Below are positions 9,812 through 19,503 of a stretch of 47,437 nucleotides of DNA, piece after piece. The notes under the pieces are model-generated. The model was not told the origin of the DNA and ran no database searches. It worked only from the letters and a program-made list of their open reading frames with translations. Every line of letters begins with the position of its first letter. The first letter of the stretch is position 1. The translations under genes and the position numbers were made by a program. The stretch is from Paludibacteraceae bacterium (lineage in GTDB: Bacteria; Bacteroidota; Bacteroidia; Bacteroidales; Paludibacteraceae), in contig DAONDU010000001.1 of the NCBI GenBank assembly GCA_035402725.1, positions 1-47,437 of the forward strand. Direction: 5' to 3'.

Positions 9812-11308
9812 ATGGCAAAAGAAATGAAATCGCTGGCAAAGGATACCGTAATTTATGGCGGTACTAATATTGCTGCAAAATTTGTGAGTTGGATGCTTGT
9901 GGTGCTATATACTTACACGCTACCAAATCCTGCAGAATATGGTGTTGTTACCCATTTATATGCATGGACTTCTATATTAATTGTTGCTTTAACTTATGGA
10001 ATGGAAACTGGTTTTTTCCGTTTTGCAAATAAAGATACGGCAAATGCTAAAAAAGTGTATGGTAATGCACTGATTTCCATAGGGTTTACAAGTCTGCTTT
10101 TTGCAATTATCATTATTGTATTTCAACAACCTATAGCAAATACTTTGGGCTACAGAAATCATCCTGAATATATCTGGATGCTTGGATTAAGTGTGGCGAT
10201 GGATGCTTTTGCGTGTATTCCATTCGTTTATCTGCGTTTTATTAAACGTCCGTATGTGTTTGCGGGTATGAAGTTGTTATATGTTGGTCTGAATGTAGTG
10301 TTGAATGTATTCTTTTTGGTACTTTGTCCTATTTTGATGAAAGCAGCTCCTTCTACAATTTCCTGGTTCTATCGTCCTGATTATGGAGTAGGTTATATTT
10401 TTATTTCAAATATTATTTCAACAACGCTTCAAACGCTGATATTATCCAGATATATTTTTGAAGCTGAATTTAAGTTTGATAGTCAACTATTAAAGCAAAT
10501 GCTCAAATATTCCTATCCCTTGTTGTTTTTGGGTATAGCAGGTATTGCCAATCAGAATTTAGACAAAATGATATTTCCTTTTCTACAAGTAGGATCAAAA
10601 GGAGGAAACGATTTGGGTATTTATGGAGCAGTCAGTAAGTTGGCGTTGGTTATAATGATGTTTACTCAGGCTTTTCGATTTGCTTATGAACCCTTTGTAT
10701 TTGCTAAACACAAAGATGAGAACAGTTCACAAACATACAGTGAAGCAATGAAATACTTCGTTATACTTTCATTTTTAATTTTTTTGGGAATGATTTTATA
10801 TATGGACATAATAAAATATCTTGTACCAAGTGAATATTGGGTGGGATTAAAAGTTGTTCCAATTATTCTGTTTTCGTTTATTTTTCAGGGAATATATTTT
10901 AATCTTTCTATTTGGTATAAATTGAAAGATAAAAATCATTATGGAGCGTGGTTTGCTGCTATCGGAACGTTAATTGTATTTGTCGGGAATATTATTTTTG
11001 TACCCAAATACAGTTATTGGGGCTCGGCATGGTCTGCATTTGCAGGATATTTTATTGTGATGCTCTTGTCATATTTCTTTGGACAGAAATTTATGCCGAT
11101 AAATTATAACTTAAAGAAACTTGGAATTTATTTTGCACTAACTCTAGTGTTGTTTGGCATAAGTACTTTTATCGAAACACGTTATTTGATCGTAAATTTA
11201 GCTCTGAAAACTGTGCTTATGGCTGTTTTTATCGTTTTCTTTATTAAAAGAGATTTACCTCTCAAAGATATACCTGTACTGAACAGGTTTTTGAAAAAAC
11301 AAGCATGA
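9812..11308 (+). CDS. wzx: Polysaccharide/oligosaccharide flippase (Wzx, MOP superfamily)
   Basis: 498-aa protein with about 12-14 hydrophobic helices, typical of the polysaccharide biosynthesis protein family. First gene of a glycosyltransferase cluster; its stop overlaps the next start (ATGA). Confidence 0.75.
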   Translation: MAKEMKSLAKDTVIYGGTNIAAKFVSWMLVVLYTYTLPNPAEYGVVTHLYAWTSILIVALTYGMETGFFRFANKDTANAKKVYGNALISIGFTSLLFAIIIIVFQQPIANTLGYRNHPEYIWMLGLSVAMDAFACIPFVYLRFIKRPYVFAGMKLLYVGLNVVLNVFFLVLCPILMKAAPSTISWFYRPDYGVGYIFISNIISTTLQTLILSRYIFEAEFKFDSQLLKQMLKYSYPLLFLGIAGIANQNLDKMIFPFLQVGSKGGNDLGIYGAVSKLALVIMMFTQAFRFAYEPFVFAKHKDENSSQTYSEAMKYFVILSFLIFLGMILYMDIIKYLVPSEYWVGLKVVPIILFSFIFQGIYFNLSIWYKLKDKNHYGAWFAAIGTLIVFVGNIIFVPKYSYWGSAWSAFAGYFIVMLLSYFFGQKFMPINYNLKKLGIYFALTLVLFGISTFIETRYLIVNLALKTVLMAVFIVFFIKRDLPLKDIPVLNRFLKKQA

Positions 11309-12018
11309 ACATACATATCATAACACCGGTAAAAAATTCATTCGGGACTACCATCAGGACGATTGAAAACATTGTCGGTTCTGAAGGTTATTCCGACCTG
11401 AAATACACGATTTACAATGATTTCAGCGACGACGAAACTACTTTCCTTTTGCAGGAAGCATCTTCACGATTTGGATTTGAATTAGTCAATCTGAAAGATA
11501 TAACTTCGCATCCATCGCCCAATTATCGGCTTGTGTTGCAATTGGCTCAGAAAAAAGCGATAGACGACAACGCGCATTTGCTGATTGTTGAATCGGATGT
11601 GGTGATTAAAAACGACACCATCCGGCAGTTGATACTCCAATCCGGAAAATTGAAAAACCCTGGGCTTATAGCTGCTGTAACAACGGATGAATCCGGAAAA
11701 ATTAATTTTCCGTATCTATTTGCTCAGAACTTCAGAGAAGGTACTGTTGAAACCAAAAAACGACTGAGTTTTTGCTGTACCCTGCTTTCCAACCAATTGC
11801 TGAACGCGTATGATTTTACAAATCTGGATGCACAAAAGACCTGGTACGATATCTTTATTTCCCACAAATCCACTTCAATGGGTTTCAGAAACTATTTATT
11901 GACCGAAGCGCCTGTACTGCACCTTCCTCACAGCAGCCGCCCCTGGAAAAAACTGAAATATACCAATCCTCTTAAATATTACTGGCAAAAGTACACGAAA
12001 GGATTAGACAAAATCTGA
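11305..12018 (+). CDS. GT-A fold glycosyltransferase-like protein
   Basis: Starts IHIITPVKNS like GT2 enzymes. Acidic motif LLIVESDVV sits at the DXD position. Translationally coupled to wzx. Confidence 0.5.
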   Translation: MNIHIITPVKNSFGTTIRTIENIVGSEGYSDLKYTIYNDFSDDETTFLLQEASSRFGFELVNLKDITSHPSPNYRLVLQLAQKKAIDDNAHLLIVESDVVIKNDTIRQLILQSGKLKNPGLIAAVTTDESGKINFPYLFAQNFREGTVETKKRLSFCCTLLSNQLLNAYDFTNLDAQKTWYDIFISHKSTSMGFRNYLLTEAPVLHLPHSSRPWKKLKYTNPLKYYWQKYTKGLDKI

Positions 12019-12019
12019 A

Positions 12020-13132
12020 ATGGTAAATATAAAACCTGCAAACGACATACATAAGGCATCAGAATCGGAAAATTTTCCACTGGTTTCGGTCATTATACCG
12101 GTTTACAATTCCGAATTATACCTGGCTGAAACCCTCGAATCTGTATTAATATCGACTTATCCGAATTTTGAGGTGATCATCATGGACGATGGTTCCACAG
12201 ATAAATCCATGGAAATTGCTCAAAATCATGCCCTGCAAGACGCTCGCATCCGTTGCTTTGTACAACCTAACGCTGGTGCATCAGTTGCCAGAAATCATGC
12301 GATCGGATTATCGCACGGGAAATATATCCTACCTGTTGATTCGGATGATACTATTTCAAACAATTACATCGAAGAAGCCGTAAAAGTGCTGGAAAATAAA
12401 CCCGAAGTAAAAGTTGTTAGCCGGGAGGCCTCTTTTTTTGGTGAAAAAACAGGACGATGGAATTTTCCACCATTCAGCTACAACCTTTTAGCAAGAAGAA
12501 ATTTAATTGATGTTTGCTCCATGTACCGAAAAGCTGATTGGGACAAAACAGGTGGTTATTGCGAAGAAATAACGGGAAGAGAAGACTGGGATTTCTGGAT
12601 TTCGTTGTTCAAAACAGGCGGTGAATTTGTACGATTACCCATCAATGGACTTAATTACAGAATTCGAAGCGGATCAAAACGAGTTAAAACCCGGAATCTT
12701 AAGAAGGAACTTATTGATATGCTTAATATCCGCCATAAAGCTTTTTTCTACCGCGAACTGAAAGGAAAATTGCATTATCAGCGCACTCATTCCCGAAAAT
12801 TGAACATCATCCGGCATTTTTTTCTGCCCGAGAATATTTTTGTCAATCCGGAATACTCTGTTTATGAAAATGCCGTTTACCTTTCGAATGAAGAAATATC
12901 AATCAGGAATAATCAGATTACGAAGCTGTTTCCATCAGTTGCAGAGAAAATAAAGATTACCGAATTTACCGAAAAACGATATCACATTCCCGGCAACGGA
13001 ATTAAAACATCCAAAGCCCGCGACATGTACCGGCAAACAATATCTGACAGCTATAAATTCTGTCTGGGATATTACGAGCAGCAAATATCAGGTTGTACCC
13101 TGAAAAGTTTCTTGATAATTCTCGAAAAATAA
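12020..13132 (+). CDS. Family 2 glycosyltransferase with about 140-aa C-terminal extension
   Basis: VSVIIPVYNSELYL, IIMDDGSTD, LPVDSDD and REDWDFWISL. Confidence 0.8.
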   Translation: MVNIKPANDIHKASESENFPLVSVIIPVYNSELYLAETLESVLISTYPNFEVIIMDDGSTDKSMEIAQNHALQDARIRCFVQPNAGASVARNHAIGLSHGKYILPVDSDDTISNNYIEEAVKVLENKPEVKVVSREASFFGEKTGRWNFPPFSYNLLARRNLIDVCSMYRKADWDKTGGYCEEITGREDWDFWISLFKTGGEFVRLPINGLNYRIRSGSKRVKTRNLKKELIDMLNIRHKAFFYRELKGKLHYQRTHSRKLNIIRHFFLPENIFVNPEYSVYENAVYLSNEEISIRNNQITKLFPSVAEKIKITEFTEKRYHIPGNGIKTSKARDMYRQTISDSYKFCLGYYEQQISGCTLKSFLIILEK

Positions 13133-13135
13133 CGA

Positions 13136-13942
13136 ATGAAAGCATCATTAATAATATCTGTTTATAAAAATATTCGGTTTCTGAAACCGGTACTCGATTC
13201 GCTTCATTTTCAGACCGAGAAAGACTTCGAGACCATCATTTCAGAGGATGGAGAAAGCCCGGAAATGAAAGAGTTCATTGCCGGGTACCCGTTTGAGATG
13301 CCTTATAAGCACATCACAAGAAAGGACGAAGGCTGGCGAAAAAATCACTGTTTGAACAGTGCCATCAGAGCCTCGGAAGCTGACTGGCTTATTTTTATCG
13401 ATGGCGATTGTGTACTGCATCCCCGCTTTATTGAGATGCATTTGCATCACGCCGAAGTAAACAAAATACTGGCCGGCAAACGTGTAAAACTGGACGATTA
13501 CATGACAGAATACATACTCGACAACAGTGATAATATCAGGAATTTGCAGCAAATACTACTCCGAAAAATGTTTTTCGGTAAAGGAAAAATAAAATTTATT
13601 GAAGAAGGAATATTCATTTCTCCTGAAAGTATATTGAGAATTATTCCCCGAAACCGCAAAAATGATAAACTTGTCGGATGCAATATGTCATTCAGCAAAG
13701 AAGCAATCTATGCCATCAACGGATTTGATGAAGACTATAAGTTGCCTGCAGTTGGTGAGGACTACGATCTGGCGTGGCGCTTGAAAGCAGCCGGATTTCA
13801 GCTCGTATCAATGCGTAATCTGGCGGTACAATATCATTTGAGTCATCCTGAAGGATATAATCAGGACTTTAATTTGAATTTGTGCAGGCAAAAACAAGAG
13901 ATAAATGAATTTGTTTGTAAAAACGGATTAGATAAACATTAA
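13136..13942 (+). CDS. Family 2 glycosyltransferase (galactosyltransferase-like C-terminus)
   Basis: ASLIISVYKN, IISEDGES, FIDGDCV and GEDYDLAWRL. Confidence 0.75.
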   Translation: MKASLIISVYKNIRFLKPVLDSLHFQTEKDFETIISEDGESPEMKEFIAGYPFEMPYKHITRKDEGWRKNHCLNSAIRASEADWLIFIDGDCVLHPRFIEMHLHHAEVNKILAGKRVKLDDYMTEYILDNSDNIRNLQQILLRKMFFGKGKIKFIEEGIFISPESILRIIPRNRKNDKLVGCNMSFSKEAIYAINGFDEDYKLPAVGEDYDLAWRLKAAGFQLVSMRNLAVQYHLSHPEGYNQDFNLNLCRQKQEINEFVCKNGLDKH

Positions 13943-13952
13943 AAACAACTCC

Positions 13953-14846
13953 ATGATTTCTGTTATTATTTGTTCGAAACACGAAAAATTGTCGGAATCT
14001 GTAAGACAAAATATAAATAATACGATTGGAGTTCCGTATGAAATTGTATGTATTAATAATTCGCGCAATGAATATTCCATTTTTTCAGCATACAACAAAG
14101 GAATTGCCGAAAGTAAATATCCCTTTTTATGTTTTGTGCATGAAGATGTGAATTTTCAAACAAAAAACTGGGGAAATATTATTAAATCACATTTAAATAA
14201 TTCAACTACAGGACTAATTGGAGTAGCAGGAAGTAACACCGTACTCTCTGTTCCTTCATCATGGTCGTCATCTCAGGAAAAATATATAAATATAATTCAG
14301 TCAGAAAAACACTCAGAGCATGTGCGACTTCCTTTAGAGCATAATGATGATAAACAGGAAGTAATTCTGCTGGATGGTGTGTTTTTGGGTGCAAACCGCA
14401 ATATATTCTCAAAAATAACCTTCGATGAAAAGCTGAAAGGTTTTCACGGTTATGATTTAGATATTTGTCTTCAATCTGCTTTTGCAGGATTTCAGAATTA
14501 TGTGGTTTTTGATATTTTAATAGAGCATTATTCCAAAGGATTTAGAAATAAAAGATATTTTGAGAACTTAATACAAGTGTTTGGTAAATGGGAGAAGTTT
14601 TTACCAATCTATGATAAAAACAAATATACAGCCGAAGAAATTCTGAAATCTGAAGAGAAGATGATCAACTATTTATTTATTAAAATGATAAAAAGAGGCT
14701 TCTCTGCTAAAGAAATAAAATCGACAATCACGTTTTATATCGATAAGATTAAATCCGAAAAATTAAAAATAAAATATCGACACATCAATCGAAAATTTTT
14801 TTTTCTGCAGTTGGTCTATAAACCATTCACAAGATTATACCTTTGA
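13953..14846 (+). CDS. GT2-like glycosyltransferase family protein
   Basis: ISVIICSKHE, NKGIAESKYPFLCFVHEDV and LDGVFLG. Visibly AT-rich gene. Confidence 0.65.
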   Translation: MISVIICSKHEKLSESVRQNINNTIGVPYEIVCINNSRNEYSIFSAYNKGIAESKYPFLCFVHEDVNFQTKNWGNIIKSHLNNSTTGLIGVAGSNTVLSVPSSWSSSQEKYINIIQSEKHSEHVRLPLEHNDDKQEVILLDGVFLGANRNIFSKITFDEKLKGFHGYDLDICLQSAFAGFQNYVVFDILIEHYSKGFRNKRYFENLIQVFGKWEKFLPIYDKNKYTAEEILKSEEKMINYLFIKMIKRGFSAKEIKSTITFYIDKIKSEKLKIKYRHINRKFFFLQLVYKPFTRLYL

Positions 14847-14887
14847 TATTTCAGTACATGAACTTAGATATATAGTAAATTCAAACT

Positions 14888-15655
14888 ATGGAATATATAA
14901 ATAATCCTTCGGAACTTACTTATCAGCATAATGTTCCATTTGTGGTCTGGTGTTACTGGGAAGGTGCTCCTATGAATGCTAACAGGCTGTTGAGTTATGA
15001 GTATTTACAAAAGAATATTCAGGTTCCTATTTGTTTGATTTCAAAAGAAAATCTTGCTGCATTCATTAAACCTGAGCATCCGTTACATGAAGCCTTTCCA
15101 TATCTCAGCGTCGTTCATCGTTCGGATTATATAAGAGCATATCTGATGCACTTTTATGGCGGAGCATGGCATGATATAAAAGCTACAGAGGTGTCTTTCA
15201 AAAACTGCTGGTATGAATTCGAAAATCCGGATATTTATTTAATTGGCCGGCCCGAAAACCAGAAAGGAGCAGCCAGGGTGTACGATGAGCACAACAGATA
15301 TATGCCCGATTACTGGAAAGAGTTGGTAGCTGTACCGGCCTGGATAGCAAAAGGAAATACCCCGATGACTGCCGAAATATATACGGCTTTTTTATCGCTG
15401 CTGGATACTAATATGGAATCATTGAAAAAACATCCGGCAAAGCATCCCCGTGAAAAATTTATTCAACCAAAAAACATATTTCATGCTGTGATTATTCGGC
15501 TAAAGCAGTTGTATTCAGGTAGAAATCCTTATTACCCACTCCCATGGACTGTATTTGGAAATATATTTCATCCGATTGTTTATAAATATCGAAAACATAT
15601 TTCCAAAAATCTGCCTGTAAATAAAATAAAGAATGCAGGTATCTATCATCGCTAA
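14888..15655 (+). CDS. Capsular-polysaccharide-synthesis / sugar-transferase-like protein
   Basis: HRSDYIRAYLMHFYGGAWHDIK resembles the Caps_synth / Gly_transf_sug families. AT-rich. Confidence 0.5.
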   Translation: MEYINNPSELTYQHNVPFVVWCYWEGAPMNANRLLSYEYLQKNIQVPICLISKENLAAFIKPEHPLHEAFPYLSVVHRSDYIRAYLMHFYGGAWHDIKATEVSFKNCWYEFENPDIYLIGRPENQKGAARVYDEHNRYMPDYWKELVAVPAWIAKGNTPMTAEIYTAFLSLLDTNMESLKKHPAKHPREKFIQPKNIFHAVIIRLKQLYSGRNPYYPLPWTVFGNIFHPIVYKYRKHISKNLPVNKIKNAGIYHR

Positions 15656-15660
15656 ATGAG

Positions 15661-15668
15661 TATCTTTG
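15661..15668 (+). promoter_or_regulatory. -7 promoter box (TAnnTTTG) internal to the glycan locus
   Basis: TATCTTTG lies in the 102-bp gap, 90 bp upstream of the ATG at 15758. Confidence 0.35.
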
Positions 15669-15757
15669 ACTTACGAACTATAAAAAATATATTCAGCAAT
15701 AGGTATCTCGCTAAAAAACAATCGTACAGGATTGAATAAAAATTTAAAAAACTTCTT

Positions 15758-16546
15758 ATGCACTCAGAACCTAAAATATCGGTAATCACGCCCATCCACA
15801 ACCGGGAGAAATATATTCGGGAGACACTGGAGTGTCTTCAGAAATGCAACTATAAAAACTGGGAATGCATCGTGATGGACGATGATTCGACCGATAACTC
15901 GGCAATGATAATCAAGGAAATGGCCCGGACCGACAGCCGCATAAAATACTTCCACCAGCCAAAATCACCCATTCCGGTAACCAAAAACAATGCAGTGGCT
16001 CATTCTTCCGGTAAATATATTCTTCCGCTGGATTCCGACGACCTGATAGCGCCCGAATATATTGCTGAAGCCGTAGAAATACTCGAGAATAATACTTCGG
16101 TGAAACTCGTTTACTGCAGCGGAGTATTTTTCGGAGATAAAAAAGGGAAATGGAAATTACCAGCTTATAATTTCAGACAGCTATTACTGAAAAACTGTAT
16201 TCACAATACAGCCGTCTTCCGGCGGGTAGATTTTGACAGCGCTGGCGGTTATGATCCAAATATCATTACCAGCGAAGACTGGGACCTCTGGATAAGTCTG
16301 CTCGAAAAAGGCGGTGAAGTGTATTTTATTGATAAGGAATATTTTTTCTACCGGAAACATACCGATTCGTTTACCGACAATCATCAGGATAAAATTGCGG
16401 CAACACAGATGCAAATCTACGCCAACCATAAGGAAGTTTATGACCGATTGATAGACAACCCTATACAGTTTCTGCGTGATTATGAGAAGTATAAGAAAAA
16501 ATACAATCAGTTACGTCGTCTTACTTTTCGAAAACAAATTCCTTAA
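15758..16546 (+). CDS. Family 2 glycosyltransferase
   Basis: ISVITPIHNREKYI, IVMDDDSTD, LPLDSDD and SEDWDLWISL. Paralogous to the N-terminal half of the 12020-13132 gene. Confidence 0.8.
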   Translation: MHSEPKISVITPIHNREKYIRETLECLQKCNYKNWECIVMDDDSTDNSAMIIKEMARTDSRIKYFHQPKSPIPVTKNNAVAHSSGKYILPLDSDDLIAPEYIAEAVEILENNTSVKLVYCSGVFFGDKKGKWKLPAYNFRQLLLKNCIHNTAVFRRVDFDSAGGYDPNIITSEDWDLWISLLEKGGEVYFIDKEYFFYRKHTDSFTDNHQDKIAATQMQIYANHKEVYDRLIDNPIQFLRDYEKYKKKYNQLRRLTFRKQIP

Positions 16547-17956
16547 GTTGAAGGCTTTCAATGGTTTTTCGCACTCGCTGATGTGTACAAACAAACATAA
16601 ATAAGACATAAACCGTGTAATACCTTCCTGAGCATATAAAGGCTCTTCAATTAACATAAAAAACAGGTAAATCAGCATAAATAGCTGTAAAAGATAACTC
16701 CGTGACCGAAGCGAGTTCCAGATTAATCCGGTAAGCAATATCAGCAGACAAATAAGCCCGGGAATACCAAACTGAACCATATCGCCCAGAAATTGATTGT
16801 GGGTGTAAGTAATGGGCGGAGCACCCTCAGGCCTTGTTACATCCGACATCTTCTTATCCTGGTATTCCAACGCTGCTCGTTGCTGATGATAGCCTGCACC
16901 GATAACAGGATGCTCTTTTATATAATTGACTGCCAGCGTATAATCCGCTTTACGAACATCATCCCGGATAAACCGACTCACTTTGTTTTCGCCAGCCATG
17001 AGAATAACCACCCCAACTAACACTGCAACCACCAGAGCCAGTTTGAAATGGGGAGTTTTCAGTCTGATATAGTAAAGCAGACTGATCAAAACGATTATGA
17101 TTAACTCAACCAACCCGATACGACTTTCCGTCACTAATACAAAACCCAGACATAAACCAATGTATGTTATCAGCTCGAACTTGGAAAGGGTTACAGTATT
17201 GTCCATTTTGAAATTGAGATAAAAACCCGAAATCAAAGCAGAGAATAATACCAATGAGATATAACTTGGGTGAGAATAATGTCCCCAGGTACCGACGTAG
17301 TCATATGCGTTAGGAAATTTCATAGTAATCCATTCCAAAGCAGACTTATTCAAAACCAGCAAATTGAACCACCAGTAAACAACCGAAACAGCCATATAAA
17401 CAGCCATGATGCGGAATACAATTTTCAGAATCAACAGGAGGGTTTGCTTATTGAGCCGGAATAGACTGAATGACAACGGCAGTAAATAAAAAGTATAGGT
17501 CATTTCGGGGAAATGAAAACCGCGGGGCGTGTAAATAGTCCCTGCCATGAGAAAAACAGCATACAGGAATATGAAATAATACACTTTATTGAGGGTGTAT
17601 ATTTTCCCCCTCACAAAAAAAGACACGAGAGCAAACAACACAAAAAATCCGGTGGCGTAAATACCCACTTCCTTCTGAAAAACCGATAATACCAGTAACA
17701 GGACAAGGGAAAGAGATACGAAATTTTCTACAGAAAGAAAAGGTCTCAGAATTCTTCGGACAAGGATGATTTGAGATATAAAAATCAGGACCGATGACAA
17801 CGCAAATATAAGCAAGATAATATTTCCAAACAAACTGACATTTTCCTTTGTTACATATACCTGTGTACTGTACAACCTATGCACTGCAACCATTGCCAGA
17901 GTTGTGAAAAGGAGCAAAAAGAGAGAAAAGTAATTATGTTTAAACGATAATTTCAT
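16511..17956 (-). CDS. O-antigen ligase/polymerase family (Wzy_C domain) membrane protein
   Basis: 481 aa and polytopic. ESRIGLVELIIIVL plus the loop HPVIGAGYHQ...THNQFLGDMVQFGIPGL is typical of the O-antigen ligase family. Its 3' end overlaps the convergent GT2 gene by 36 bp. Confidence 0.75.
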   Translation of the reverse strand: MKLSFKHNYFSLFLLLFTTLAMVAVHRLYSTQVYVTKENVSLFGNIILLIFALSSVLIFISQIILVRRILRPFLSVENFVSLSLVLLLVLSVFQKEVGIYATGFFVLFALVSFFVRGKIYTLNKVYYFIFLYAVFLMAGTIYTPRGFHFPEMTYTFYLLPLSFSLFRLNKQTLLLILKIVFRIMAVYMAVSVVYWWFNLLVLNKSALEWITMKFPNAYDYVGTWGHYSHPSYISLVLFSALISGFYLNFKMDNTVTLSKFELITYIGLCLGFVLVTESRIGLVELIIIVLISLLYYIRLKTPHFKLALVVAVLVGVVILMAGENKVSRFIRDDVRKADYTLAVNYIKEHPVIGAGYHQQRAALEYQDKKMSDVTRPEGAPPITYTHNQFLGDMVQFGIPGLICLLILLTGLIWNSLRSRSYLLQLFMLIYLFFMLIEEPLYAQEGITRFMSYLCLFVHISECEKPLKAFNLRNLFSKSKTT

Positions 17957-17971
17957 CGGTTGTCTGATTTT

Positions 17972-18796
17972 TTAATTCATCACATCCAGGTACTGAAAGT
18001 ACTCATCCGGTGTCATAAATTTTACATTTTTCCCTTTCAGAAAAGAAATCATTTTCTGAAAATCATTGAAATCATTTTCATCCCAGGGATTCGGATGAAG
18101 CTGAATTAGCAGATAGTTATCCTTTTCCCCGGCTTTGAAATAATTCTCAACATCCGTCGATGGAATATCAAGAAGATACTGAAACTTGATATTCAGACAA
18201 ATCTTATCACCGGGTTTAAATTTCTTTTTATTGGGATCAATCCAGGGTCTTTTCAGGGAAAATTTTTCGTGATTTTTGTACCTCATGATCACATTCAGTT
18301 CGGGTATACAGGATAATGCATGTAGGGTAGCTGTAGTTGATCTGTTATGCGGGGCGCTGAATGTTTTGGCTATGATATGAAGCGAATCGCTGAAAAAACG
18401 CTGTGCTAACTGTAAATGTTTCTTCTGGAGATCAACATCAGAGTTATCGAACTCGGGAGAATCCCCATTGTCCCCTGCATGATCATAACCGTGATTCCAA
18501 AATTCAATCAGTGGTTGGTTGTTGGAGCGTCTGAGTCCCGAAAGTTCCCTGATTTTTATAATGGCAGAATGATTGGATGAAATGAGTGTGGATGTCACTC
18601 CGGCAGCAGCCGATATATCATTTTGCTGCAGAATTGCAATAAAACGTTGCCAGTTGGGGGAATAGTCATTAAAATCATCGGCTTTAATGATTACGACCAA
18701 TGGCTGATCCGGTGTAATATTATCCGAGCAACCTGCCTGCAACAAAGCAAACAGACTGAGAAGTGATAATAAACAACATTTCTTTATTCTATTCAT
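17972..18796 (-). CDS. Lipoprotein, possible polysaccharide-deacetylase-like fold
   Basis: Start placed at MNRIKKCCLLSLLSLFALLQAGC (lipobox). IKADDFND and NHGYDH loosely resemble NodB-type motifs. The function assignment is weak. Confidence 0.45.
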   Translation of the reverse strand: MNRIKKCCLLSLLSLFALLQAGCSDNITPDQPLVVIIKADDFNDYSPNWQRFIAILQQNDISAAAGVTSTLISSNHSAIIKIRELSGLRRSNNQPLIEFWNHGYDHAGDNGDSPEFDNSDVDLQKKHLQLAQRFFSDSLHIIAKTFSAPHNRSTTATLHALSCIPELNVIMRYKNHEKFSLKRPWIDPNKKKFKPGDKICLNIKFQYLLDIPSTDVENYFKAGEKDNYLLIQLHPNPWDENDFNDFQKMISFLKGKNVKFMTPDEYFQYLDVMN

Positions 18797-18804
18797 ACTG
18801 TGAA

Positions 18805-19446
18805 TTATTTTCGGCCAAAATCTGCCGGAATTTCGCCCCATTTTTCAGTTTCCCATTTTATGAGTGGATTGTTGAACTTATTCTCCCTGAGCCATTTTTC
18901 AGCCCGTTCAATCAGTTGAAAAATATACTGATTTTGTTCATCCATTCCTAGTTTTGTTTTGGATTTTTTAGCTTTTACCCAGGCAAGAGCCGTTTTACTA
19001 TCGGTATAAACGGGGATGTGTGGATTAGTTTTATTAAAAAGTGCAAGAGCATGAACAATTGCCAAAAACTCTCCGATATTGTTTGTACCATTCTCGAATG
19101 GACCTTGTCGGAATATCTCTATTCCGGTATTCACATCCACACCCCGATATTCCATTTTTCCAGGATTACCCGAGCATGCGGCATCAACAGCAATACTGTT
19201 CAGTTTCGGCTGCTCTGATGACGGTAAATTCCTGTAGTTGGGTGTCGGTTTTGTATTGACTGCATTTTTCCCGATATACTCCCAGCAAGAAGACATAAAA
19301 GCATCCTGAGCTTCCTTTATGGTTTCGAAAGACTTAAATTTAGCTCCTTCGTAACCTTTGATTTGTTTCTCACATTCTTTCCACGAATTGTAAACACCGG
19401 GATTAACACCTTCCCAAACCGTATAGTATTTTTGTTTCTTGCTCAT
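18805..19446 (-). CDS. rnhA: Ribonuclease HI with N-terminal hybrid-binding (caulimovirus-VI-like) domain
   Basis: N-terminus YYTVWEGVNPGVYNSWKECEKQIKGYEGAKFKSFETIKEAQDAF matches the RNase H1 hybrid-binding domain pattern. The catalytic part has AVDAA, NNIGEF, YTDS and a C-terminal WGEIPADFGRK. Confidence 0.8.
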   Translation of the reverse strand: MSKKQKYYTVWEGVNPGVYNSWKECEKQIKGYEGAKFKSFETIKEAQDAFMSSCWEYIGKNAVNTKPTPNYRNLPSSEQPKLNSIAVDAACSGNPGKMEYRGVDVNTGIEIFRQGPFENGTNNIGEFLAIVHALALFNKTNPHIPVYTDSKTALAWVKAKKSKTKLGMDEQNQYIFQLIERAEKWLRENKFNNPLIKWETEKWGEIPADFGRK

Positions 19447-19503
19447 TATATTTTTTTTCTGAAGTACCGAAGACCGACGTTTTTATTATTCAACAAAAAG
19501 ATG

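Noticed and set aside
14796-14804. T9 homopolymer in a glycosyltransferase gene as a phase-variation switch. T7 at 12433-12439 and A8 near 4173-4180 are similar.
   Set aside because: The T9 tract lies in the last 17 codons, so slippage would change only the extreme C-terminus. The other tracts are short, and in an AT-rich genome such runs are expected.
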